Origin: Eubacteriales bacterium
GTDB taxonomy: Bacteria; Bacillota; Clostridia; Oscillospirales; CAG-272
Direction of reading: 5' to 3'
Assembly (NCBI GenBank): GCA_045652845.1
Contig: JAZOLJ010000008.1
Coordinates: forward strand, 1-60,522
Length of the DNA: 60,522 bases
Part shown: positions 25,487 to 33,163 of the stretch, one piece after another
Position numbering within the stretch: position 1 is the first letter of the stretch
Layout of the letters: the number at the start of each line of letters is the position of its first letter
Translations under genes and position numbers: made by a program
The notes under the pieces: model-generated
Databases searched by the model: none
Told to the model about the DNA's origin: nothing
The model's input: only the letters and a program-made list of their open reading frames with translations

Positions 25487-25795
25487 TCAAATTGCCGATT
25501 TCTCGGTACAATATACCACGTTTTGCGGGTATTCGTCGGCAAGCTGCAGCAGTGCCTGTGCCGTCATATCAAATGCATCGCCAAGTCCGCTGCGGCAGGA
25601 AAGAAACAGACTGCCCGACTCACGGCTTACGCGCACATGACGGCAAACGGGGTTGTTTTTGGCATAGCCGGCAAGCGCCTGCGTCAGTGCCGAAACCGCT
25701 GCGCAAACCAGCCGCCCCTCGGGTGTGCTGCAGGCATGCCCCAAAACCAGCAAGCGGCACCTTTCACCTTGCCGATCGGCATAGACCCTGATCAT
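25487..25795 (-). CDS. Prp-family cysteine protease (ribosomal-processing protease homologue used for capsid maturation)
   Basis: 102 aa. The His/Cys dyad context LGHACSTPEGRLVCAAVSAL matches the GHA...D.VCA.VS motif of Prp/DUF464. ATGA overlap with the portal gene. Confidence 0.75.
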   Translation of the reverse strand: MIRVYADRQGERCRLLVLGHACSTPEGRLVCAAVSALTQALAGYAKNNPVCRHVRVSRESGSLFLSCRSGLGDAFDMTAQALLQLADEYPQNVVYCTEKSAI

Positions 25796-27546
25796 ATCGC
25801 ACCGTTTTGCGTGGCGGTATCCGCCACACGCTCGGCGGCGCGCCGCGCACGCTCGGTCAATCCCTCAAGATCGGGCGCTGTGCGATTTTCCGCCACAGGC
25901 GTGTCCCTTTTTGCGGCAGACGCGCCCCCCTCACTGCCGTCACGCCGAAACTGTGCGATCCGTGCGCGCAAATTTTCAACACCCGGGAAATCCATAGCAT
26001 CAAGCAGCACCTCCGCCGCCGCCGCGTTGGCGGGATCAAAAACGCCCATTGTATAAAGACTTTTGAGCATCTCGTTGTACGAATATCTGGTATACGGGTT
26101 CTGTTTTTCAGCACGCACGTCGATATCAAAGATCGGGCGGCGTGAAAGTGGCGTTCCGTTTACCGAGAGCCCCGTTTGCTGCTCTTTAATATGTGAATTT
26201 GACCAATGCAGGTAGCGATTTCCGCCGTTTTTGCCGAGCACGCGGAAGCAACGCACCTCGCCGTAGAACTGGCGCACGCACTCCACCATCAAGCGCGCCA
26301 TCTCCACAAACGCGCGATAAGAGGCGCTGATGATGTCACGCATGCTCTTGTTGCCCGACTCCTGCAGTGCGGCGATCGCCGCAGCAGCCGTTACACCCGT
26401 ATCGGTAGAGCCCTGCAGCACGTCGCGGTTCGCCGTGGTTTCCTTTAGCTCCTTGATCTTGTCATTTTTGAGCTGCAGCCAGAGGGTATCTGGGGGTGCG
26501 ACCTCGATCTGGCGCAAGCGCTCCTCGTCGGGATCACCCTCCACGGAAACGATGCGCCTTGAAAGATCGCAAAATTCCTCCTCATTCACACCCGTGCTTC
26601 TCTTGCAAAAGTAACGCACACGCGTTGCCCAATCCATGTATTCGAGCAGATTGCGGTCCATGCGGTCGATATACATTTGCGGATCTCTGCCAAGGGCAAT
26701 AATTCCAAAGCCAAGCGTGCTTCCCTCAATGGGATACAGCACGTCAAGCACGAAGGGGTATTGCCCATGCTCGTACCATCCGTTTTGATAAAGCGGATCG
26801 TTTTCGGTAGAAAACAGCACCGTATCCCCTGCAAATTTGCAGTAGTGGAGCTGGCAACGCCCCTCGGGCGTGCGCTTTTTGTAATACCAATCCACAACCG
26901 CAACACGCCCCTCTCGCTCGCCCTGCGGGCAGAAAAAGGCATCAAGCTCACCCGCAGATTTTCCGTCATAGCGGGGAAAGCGCGCACGCAGTGCGGAAAT
27001 CTCCATCTCCTCAACAAAATATACCGAGCGTGAATGCTGCAGGCTTTTTACATTCGGCTGCCAATAAAGGTTTAAAAGATCCACACGGCGCACGTCAATG
27101 TCCCCTATCCCGTTTTCAAGCTCGGTGTTATAGAAAACACCCCACGCGCACACACCGTGCTTGAGCTTATACCACATATTATCGGAATACGCTCCCGCAA
27201 AGCCCGAGCGATCCAAAATAACGGGCAGAATGGCGGAAAGCGCACGTGCATCCTCCTCGTCGCACTCCTCGCGCGGCAGACAAACTGCGGTGGGAATGTT
27301 TTCCATCAGATCGGCGTGCTTTTGCATCAAGGCGTTAAAAAGCCACGCAGAGGTAGGGGCTGTGACCTCGCCGTCGCTATTTTTGCGTGCGCGCGGCGCC
27401 ATACGCAGGCGATACCAATCCTCCTCATCGCGCACTCTTGCAGCAAAGCTCTCGCGCTCGCGTCGCCACGCAAGCAGCTCCTCCATGGCAGCACGCACCT
27501 CTGCCTTTCCTATCACTGTTTTTCTTCTCATTTTCTCTCCTTTCAC
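25792..27546 (-). CDS. Portal protein
   Basis: 584 aa, located directly after TerL with an ATGA overlap. Size and position are typical. An alternative start lies 5 codons in, with AAAGGAG upstream. Confidence 0.7.
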   Translation of the reverse strand: MKGEKMRRKTVIGKAEVRAAMEELLAWRRERESFAARVRDEEDWYRLRMAPRARKNSDGEVTAPTSAWLFNALMQKHADLMENIPTAVCLPREECDEEDARALSAILPVILDRSGFAGAYSDNMWYKLKHGVCAWGVFYNTELENGIGDIDVRRVDLLNLYWQPNVKSLQHSRSVYFVEEMEISALRARFPRYDGKSAGELDAFFCPQGEREGRVAVVDWYYKKRTPEGRCQLHYCKFAGDTVLFSTENDPLYQNGWYEHGQYPFVLDVLYPIEGSTLGFGIIALGRDPQMYIDRMDRNLLEYMDWATRVRYFCKRSTGVNEEEFCDLSRRIVSVEGDPDEERLRQIEVAPPDTLWLQLKNDKIKELKETTANRDVLQGSTDTGVTAAAAIAALQESGNKSMRDIISASYRAFVEMARLMVECVRQFYGEVRCFRVLGKNGGNRYLHWSNSHIKEQQTGLSVNGTPLSRRPIFDIDVRAEKQNPYTRYSYNEMLKSLYTMGVFDPANAAAAEVLLDAMDFPGVENLRARIAQFRRDGSEGGASAAKRDTPVAENRTAPDLEGLTERARRAAERVADTATQNGAI

Positions 27547-28949
27547 CGCATTTCGCTGCGGTAGGCGTATTGCTTGATCTCGCGGTCAAGCGGATCAAAA
27601 AGCCTTGCCACCGTGTGCACTCTTGGCACGGCGGGGCGCATGGGAACAAGCATACAAAGATACCGCGTTTCATCGGCAATGTGATCCTCCATATCACTGT
27701 CAACGTCCTCCACGTGTGTGCGGCTGTACTGTAATTGCGGTACCGTGCGCAAAAATTCCTGACACGTGGAAAATACGTAAAGCATTGGTATACCGTTTGC
27801 ATCAAAGCTCAATCGGTTATGAAGCTGCATCCAGCCCGCCACACGTCGATTGTCACCGCGCTCAAAATAAACGCCGCAACGCTCGGCAGTTTGCGCCACA
27901 GACTCGCCGCGCGAGGCATCCCAAATGGCGGGGTCGGCAACTCCTGTGATCTGCTTGCCGCCAAGCCACGGATGCTCACGCTCGATGCGCGCGATCTCTC
28001 GAAAGATCTCCTCTGGGGACATGCGCACGCCCACGTTTGCCTCGCCGCGCACGCACCCGTAAAATTCCATGATGCGATAGAGCCTCCCATCGTGATCCTT
28101 TGCCCACCAGCCAACCGAAAAGGGCTTAGCGTAGCCAAAGTCAAAGGAGCGATACACCCGCCATTCGGGGGGCGGCGTAAAGGGCTCGATCACGTGTGTA
28201 TGGCGTCTGTCGGCATAATGGGCAGGGTCGTTGCGCAGCTCCTCAAAGACCTGCCCCTCATATACGTTCCAATCGCCCTCAAGGTGCGCGCGACGTTTGT
28301 GCGCGGGCAAAGCCTCAAGGCGGCGCACGTATTCGGGGTCTGCGTCCATTAGCACCCGATTATCATAAACCACGGCAGGAATAAAGGCATAATCCTCTGC
28401 CCGCTCGGACGCCTCGAAGCGGCGATCGATAAACAAACGCTTGATATAGGCGTGCCCTACCCCACCGGGGTTGCAGGTATAATACACACGCGCCGTGAAA
28501 TTCCTTTTGGTGGTGCGCAGTGCCGTGCAAATAAACACGATCCATTCCTCCTTAAAGTGCGTCGCCTCCTCAAAGCCGATCACGTCATATTCCGCGCCCT
28601 GATATTGCAGCACGTCACTGTCGGCATCGCAATAGCCGAGCGTGAGGCGCGATCCGTTTGGAAAAATAAACGCGCGCTCGTCCTTTTTAAAGCCGGCGTA
28701 TCCCGCCAGCTCGCTTTGCAGCGGCAGAATGTGATTTTCGCGCAGCTCCTGCAGGGTGCGGCGCAAAAGCAACAGGCGCAAATTCGGATATCGCATGGCA
28801 AGCATCACCATTTTGCGCCGCATTGCCCACGATTTACCTCCACCACGCGCACCGCCGTATGCCGTATGACGGGCACTTGAGCGAAAAAACTCGCGCTGCC
28901 GCGCGTTTGGCACCTCACGGCGCAGCCTTTGAAAGATCAGCGGCTCCAT
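27543..28949 (-). CDS. Terminase large subunit
   Basis: 468 aa. Walker A YGGARGGGKSW, Walker B-like YDVIGFEEATHF, and a C-terminal nuclease-like domain with acidic motifs. Confidence 0.9.
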   Translation of the reverse strand: MEPLIFQRLRREVPNARQREFFRSSARHTAYGGARGGGKSWAMRRKMVMLAMRYPNLRLLLLRRTLQELRENHILPLQSELAGYAGFKKDERAFIFPNGSRLTLGYCDADSDVLQYQGAEYDVIGFEEATHFKEEWIVFICTALRTTKRNFTARVYYTCNPGGVGHAYIKRLFIDRRFEASERAEDYAFIPAVVYDNRVLMDADPEYVRRLEALPAHKRRAHLEGDWNVYEGQVFEELRNDPAHYADRRHTHVIEPFTPPPEWRVYRSFDFGYAKPFSVGWWAKDHDGRLYRIMEFYGCVRGEANVGVRMSPEEIFREIARIEREHPWLGGKQITGVADPAIWDASRGESVAQTAERCGVYFERGDNRRVAGWMQLHNRLSFDANGIPMLYVFSTCQEFLRTVPQLQYSRTHVEDVDSDMEDHIADETRYLCMLVPMRPAVPRVHTVARLFDPLDREIKQYAYRSEMR

Positions 28950-29185
28950 TCCTCAAGCTCCCCCTCAAATTTGATCGTACCACTCGCCGCGCCGCCCTGC
29001 TCGGCGAGAGCGCTCTTGCCGCTAAGGCGATCAAGGATGCTTTCTGCCGCCTTGAGGCGAAGCTCGGGCTTTACTCCCTCATCCTGCATAAGTGAGAGGA
29101 TTACCCGTACTGCCGTGGTGCCCGACGCCTGCAAGAGATCTGCTGCACAGGGCTGCTTTTCCGGCTCTCTTATTTCCTGCGGCAT
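28937..29185 (-). CDS. Terminase small subunit-like protein (tentative)
   Basis: 82 aa, overlaps the TerL start by 13 nt. The VKPELRLKAAESILDR block resembles small-terminase C-terminal helices. Confidence 0.4.
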   Translation of the reverse strand: MPQEIREPEKQPCAADLLQASGTTAVRVILSLMQDEGVKPELRLKAAESILDRLSGKSALAEQGGAASGTIKFEGELEEWSR

Positions 29186-29202
29186 AGCGCGTCACCTCCG
29201 TT

Positions 29203-29556
29203 TCACGCCCCCCTACCGTCCTCGCCAAAGATAATACGGTAAGCACTCTCCTCTTTTTCGATCTTCACACGGCATTTATCAAGCAATGCGGTAATGCCAT
29301 CCCGCAGGATCAGCAGCGACGGCGTGCCATCTGCCAAAGGCTGTGCACATACCGCCTCCGTCGCCTCCTTATCCTTGATGAGTGCGAGAGTGAGAAGCAG
29401 CAGAAAGGCACCTGAAAGGCGTGCCGTTTCCTCCCAGCCTGCCAGCTCGTCGTGTAAACGCTTGATCTGCCTTGTGCGTTTTTCAAGCAGACTTTTTACG
29501 ATCTCCTCCTCGATCATGCGACCTTTCCCCGCAATAGGTTTTTCTTGCTTTTTCAT
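29203..29556 (-). CDS. Hypothetical phage protein
   Basis: 117 aa, ATGA overlap with the upstream Cys-rich ORF. Confidence 0.45.
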   Translation of the reverse strand: MKKQEKPIAGKGRMIEEEIVKSLLEKRTRQIKRLHDELAGWEETARLSGAFLLLLTLALIKDKEATEAVCAQPLADGTPSLLILRDGITALLDKCRVKIEKEESAYRIIFGEDGRGA

Positions 29557-29750
29557 TGATATCTCCTTTCGTAATATCCATCAAGTGCGTTTTTAAACGG
29601 ACAGCGCTTGTAATCATCGGGATGACCGCAATAGCCATACACAATGTCACGGCGCGCGCGGCGATCGGGAAATTTCAATTCCCCACATTCGCAATAAGTG
29701 ATCCCCGCCTTTTCATAGCGGAAATACGGGCACATTCCTGCAACCGGCAT
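29553..29750 (-). CDS. Small Cys-rich phage protein (65 aa), first gene of the leftward operon
   Basis: MPVAGMCPYFRYEKAGITYCECGELKFPDRRARRDIVYGYCGHPDDYKRCPF... has 5 Cys and 1 His. GGAGG lies 9 nt upstream of ATG 29750. The 174-aa ORF-track version would run through the promoter/operator region. Confidence 0.55.
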   Translation of the reverse strand: MPVAGMCPYFRYEKAGITYCECGELKFPDRRARRDIVYGYCGHPDDYKRCPFKNALDGYYERRYQ

Positions 29751-29770
29751 CTCTTCTATTCCTCCTTGTT

Positions 29771-29988
29771 CGTTTCGATTTCGGGACGGGAATTTTGTCG
29801 AAAGTTGTCTCATTTTTGGGACGATATAAATATACTCTCCCGCAAAATCAAATATAACGCACCGCGCTGTATTTCTTTTTCGAATTTTCCGTCCTTGTTT
29901 TGGGACGACTATAGCATACACTATCTCACCGTGTTTGTCAAGAACCAAAAGATGAACAAACTGTAAATTCGTCACATTTTTGTGACGA
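29771..29988. promoter_or_regulatory. Four operator-like imperfect inverted repeats (GTCnC-N6-8-GnGAC)
   Basis: Oa 29771-29788 cgtttcgatttcgggacg. Ob 29807-29823 gtctcatttttgggacg. Oc 29890-29907 cgtccttgttttgggacg. Od 29971-29986 gtcacatttttgtgac. Ob and Oc share ttttgggacga followed by a tata-rich stretch. Confidence 0.6.
29913..29941 (-). promoter_or_regulatory. Candidate leftward promoter of the head/packaging operon
   Basis: On the minus strand: TTGACA (29941-29936), 17 nt, TATGCT (29918-29913). Operator Oc starts 6 nt downstream of the -10. Confidence 0.5.
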
Positions 29989-29992
29989 CCGA

Positions 29993-30021
29993 TTGACAGC
30001 ACCGCCGGGCTTTGATACAAT
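29993..30021 (+). promoter_or_regulatory. Rightward promoter of the XRE/ImmA pair
   Basis: TTGACA (29993-29998), 17 nt, TACAAT (30016-30021). Operator Od abuts the -35. Confidence 0.6.
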
Positions 30022-30082
30022 AAAATTAAGAAATAAAGCCTTGCGCGGCAGCAGCCGTCGGGCACAAAGAAAGGCAACGGTT

Positions 30083-30394
30083 ATGACTGTATCAGACCGC
30101 ATTCGCGCACAAATGAAGCTACTGGATCTCTCCTACGGCGAGCTGGCAGCCGCCACAGGGCTTGCAAAATCCGCCGTGCATCGCTATGCCACGGGGCAAA
30201 CCGATAAGGTGCCCACCGAGGCTTTAGAAAAGCTGGCGCGTGCGCTGGGCGTGACCCCCGCGTTTCTCACGGGATGGGAGGAGGAGCGTCCTCACACGCT
30301 GGCAGCACACTTTGAGGGAGAGGAATTTTCTGATGAGGAGCTAAAGGAGATCGAGGATTTCGTGCGTTTTGTTAAATCGAAGCGAGGTTACTAA
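30083..30394 (+). CDS. XRE family phage repressor
   Basis: 103 aa from MTVSDRIRAQMKLLDLSYGELAAATGLAKSAVHRYATGQTDKVPTEALEKLARALGVTPAFL (Cro/C1 HTH). Confidence 0.8.
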   Translation: MTVSDRIRAQMKLLDLSYGELAAATGLAKSAVHRYATGQTDKVPTEALEKLARALGVTPAFLTGWEEERPHTLAAHFEGEEFSDEELKEIEDFVRFVKSKRGY

Positions 30395-30404
30395 GGGAGG
30401 CACT

Positions 30405-30911
30405 ATGTACGAAAAGCTACTGGACGAAGCAAATCAAAACGGCATTACCGTTATTGAAAAATATCCCTTTACCTCACCCCGCATTCGCGGGCTTTGCTGC
30501 GACGATACCATTGCCATCAGTGCACAGGTGGATACCGAGGCAGAGCGCACCGTGGTGCTTTGCGAGGAGCTGACCCATGCCCTGCACTCCTACGGCGATA
30601 TATTAGAAGACCCACGCATGGAACGGCGCACCCGTGAGCGCATTTTTGACCGCTTGATCGGGATAAAGGGCTTGCTCGGCGCCTCGCTGCAGGGCTGCCG
30701 CGAGCCATGGGAATTTGCTGAATTTTTCGGCATTCCAGAGGAATTTTTCGTGGCTGCCATGAAAAACTACCGCGAGCGTTTTGGTGTGATGAAAAAGGTA
30801 AGCACCGATAGCGGTGATTTTATCTTATCCTTTGAACCAACCTTTCGCGTGCGCCGCGTGTACACAACAAGAAACAAAAGAAAAATGATCCGAAAAGAGC
30901 AAGCAATGTAA
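30405..30911 (+). CDS. ImmA/IrrE family metallo-endopeptidase (anti-repressor protease)
   Basis: 168 aa from MYEKLL (GGGAGG RBS). It pairs with the XRE gene and has the motif region VVLCEELTHALH. The canonical HExxH motif is degenerate here (EELTH). Confidence 0.6.
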   Translation: MYEKLLDEANQNGITVIEKYPFTSPRIRGLCCDDTIAISAQVDTEAERTVVLCEELTHALHSYGDILEDPRMERRTRERIFDRLIGIKGLLGASLQGCREPWEFAEFFGIPEEFFVAAMKNYRERFGVMKKVSTDSGDFILSFEPTFRVRRVYTTRNKRKMIRKEQAM

Positions 30912-30965
30912 GCGGGTGCTTCATGGCATCGGATCAGGTAGCCACGCGGGCATTTACATAAAAAA

Positions 30966-31015
30966 GCAAAAAGAGACCCGCCGATTGGGAATTCCCAACC
31001 GACGGTTTTTGTTGT
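30966..31015. terminator. Terminator between the ImmA gene and the ABC operon end
   Basis: Imperfect hairpin ccgccgattggg-aatt-cccaaccgacgg flanked by aaaaagaga and tttttgttg. Confidence 0.55.
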
Positions 31016-31036
31016 AGCATTTGCCACAATTTGAAA

Positions 31037-32149
31037 TTATCCAACGATACCCGAACGCTCGATACCCTGTACCAAATGTCTTTGGCAGAAGATGTAAAGA
31101 ATGATAAGCGGGAAGCAAGCCATCAGACCGCAAGTATAGTTGATCGCCTGCTTGAATCCTCCGCCGCCACCGGGCAGGTTTGAATAGATCGTTTGAAGTG
31201 TTGCGGGGTGCTCAAGCTTTGGCAGATAGGTCATAAATGACGGAGGAGCACCCGTGAAGAACAGCGGGAGATAGAAGTCATCCGTCCACTGCCAGCAGAA
31301 CGCAAACAAGAATACAGTAATCAGCATCGGCACGGACAGGGGCAAGATAACCTGTATAAAGGTACGGAAGGTATTTGCACCGTCGAGGTATGCGGATTCC
31401 TCAAGCTCATCGGGCACGCCGCGGAAGAACTGGCGCAGCAAGAAAATGTAAAGACCGTTCTTGAAGGCAAAGCCTGTAGCCGACATCAAGAGGATCGGCA
31501 CAACGCTTCTGATCGTGCTGATACCGCCAATGAAGCTTTCGGGCAAGATCTTGATCTTTGCAAGTACTGCGTCAAGCCCCTCGATGCCCGTGCGCGCACC
31601 ACCCGCCAGGAAGTTCAGGATACCGAAAATATCCATGTGCTGGAAGCGGTAGAAGATCGCAGACTGCATCGTACCGTGAGGGATCGCAAGTGACAGAACA
31701 ACCAGGAAGAAGACCACCTTTGCGCCGCGGAATTTAAATTTCGCAAGGCCGTAACCGATAAGTGCACAGGAAAAGGTCTGCAGAATTGCACAGCCAAGAG
31801 AAAACGCGAGCGTGAGGAAAAAGATCTTAAAATACTGGAGTTCGACGATGATCGACTTATAAATTACTGCAGAGAACGCGCGAGGCACGTTCACAACGGT
31901 AACGTCAGCAAAGTTTTCCGGCGCCATGATGGAGCGCATCACCAACGTGTAGAAGGGCCTAAGGACAACGAATGCGATACCGATCAAAAGCAGAAGGCGG
32001 AAGATGTACCACAGCACGTTTTTGGCAAAATACGAGGAAAGGTATTTGGCTTTTAGACGTTCCTTTAAGCCGGTGCGCTCAAAATCCACACGGATCTTGT
32101 TTTTGGACTCACGCACAACCTGCGGCTTATTATCCATATTTTGTGTCAT
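31037..32149 (-). CDS. Carbohydrate-type ABC transporter permease (MalG-like) with long N-terminal extension
   Basis: 370 aa. EAA loop LEESAYLDGANTFRTFIQVILPLSVP. An insert of about 60 aa lies between TM helices. Confidence 0.8.
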   Translation of the reverse strand: MTQNMDNKPQVVRESKNKIRVDFERTGLKERLKAKYLSSYFAKNVLWYIFRLLLLIGIAFVVLRPFYTLVMRSIMAPENFADVTVVNVPRAFSAVIYKSIIVELQYFKIFFLTLAFSLGCAILQTFSCALIGYGLAKFKFRGAKVVFFLVVLSLAIPHGTMQSAIFYRFQHMDIFGILNFLAGGARTGIEGLDAVLAKIKILPESFIGGISTIRSVVPILLMSATGFAFKNGLYIFLLRQFFRGVPDELEESAYLDGANTFRTFIQVILPLSVPMLITVFLFAFCWQWTDDFYLPLFFTGAPPSFMTYLPKLEHPATLQTIYSNLPGGGGGFKQAINYTCGLMACFPLIILYIFCQRHLVQGIERSGIVG

Positions 32150-32167
32150 ATTATCATCCTCCTTTCC

Positions 32168-33148
32168 TTAATCTCTTCTCTGATAGAAGACGTACGCGGA
32201 GAAGATGCCCGCTACGATACCAACTATCAGCAATACCAAGAGGAAATACATCCAACCCATTGCCGCACTGAGGCTCTTTGCGCCCTCTTTTGCAGCATTG
32301 AGGTACGTATTATTGATAAGCGTCATAACCGTATTCGAATCTGTGGTAAAGGAGTCGATGATGGTGTACACTGCGTTTACCAAGATCATCGGGCTTACCA
32401 TAGGGAAGGTGATTTTCCAAAACGTTTCCCAAGAGGTAGCGCCGTCGATCTGACAGGATTCGTAGATCGCAGGAGAGATCGACTGCAGGGCGGCAAGGAA
32501 GATCAGGATCTGTACGCCCGAGCGATTGATAATGCCCGAAATGCTGGCAACGGCAGAGGAAATGTAGGTCACTAAGCCGGCACCAAATCCTAACCCGTCA
32601 AAGATGCTTGCAAGCAAGCCCTCAAGTGCCATGGAGGATTGCAGCTTTTCGGTTGCACTCTCCTCCATACCAAGATCCATCTCGTTGCCGGACGCACCGT
32701 AGGAGCTCGCCATGATCGACTCCATCATACCGGTGGATACCACAACGGGCAGGAAGAAGATAGCACGGAATGCCGCGCGGCCAACCATTTTCTGATTAAG
32801 AATCACGGCAACGAAGAGCGAGAAAATGAGAATTGCAGGAATATCAAACGCCATTTCCTGCAAGCCGGTCAGCAGGGATTTTGCGAAGGCTTCGTCTTCT
32901 ATCAGAGCCGCCGAGTAAAATTTAAATCCGACAAACTCTTTGGTAACGACACCCCTCACGGACGTATAGTTGTAAAAGCTATAGGAGATCGACTCCCACA
33001 GGATGGGCAAGTAAATGAATACCAGACCAATAAGGAACGGCAACACAAAGAGCCATCCTGCGCGCGACTTTCTCTTGTCAAGAGAGGCAATTTTTCTCTT
33101 TTTTGCGGGTGCAGCGGCTACTGCAGGCGCATTGACTTGATTTGTCAT
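32168..33148 (-). CDS. Carbohydrate-type ABC transporter permease (MalF-like)
   Basis: 326 aa. EAA loop IYESCQIDGATSWETFWKITFPMVSP. Confidence 0.8.
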   Translation of the reverse strand: MTNQVNAPAVAAAPAKKRKIASLDKRKSRAGWLFVLPFLIGLVFIYLPILWESISYSFYNYTSVRGVVTKEFVGFKFYSAALIEDEAFAKSLLTGLQEMAFDIPAILIFSLFVAVILNQKMVGRAAFRAIFFLPVVVSTGMMESIMASSYGASGNEMDLGMEESATEKLQSSMALEGLLASIFDGLGFGAGLVTYISSAVASISGIINRSGVQILIFLAALQSISPAIYESCQIDGATSWETFWKITFPMVSPMILVNAVYTIIDSFTTDSNTVMTLINNTYLNAAKEGAKSLSAAMGWMYFLLVLLIVGIVAGIFSAYVFYQRRD

Positions 33149-33163
33149 ATGTTTTTACCTCCC

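Larger units (their letters stand above)
21589..30911. mobile_element. Phage-derived island: XRE/ImmA switch plus packaging/head module, with no tail, lysin, integrase or replication genes
   Basis: A contiguous block of phage-type genes (see individual CDS entries) lies between the spoVAD promoter region and the ABC operon terminator. No flanking direct repeats could be recognised by eye. Confidence 0.8.
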
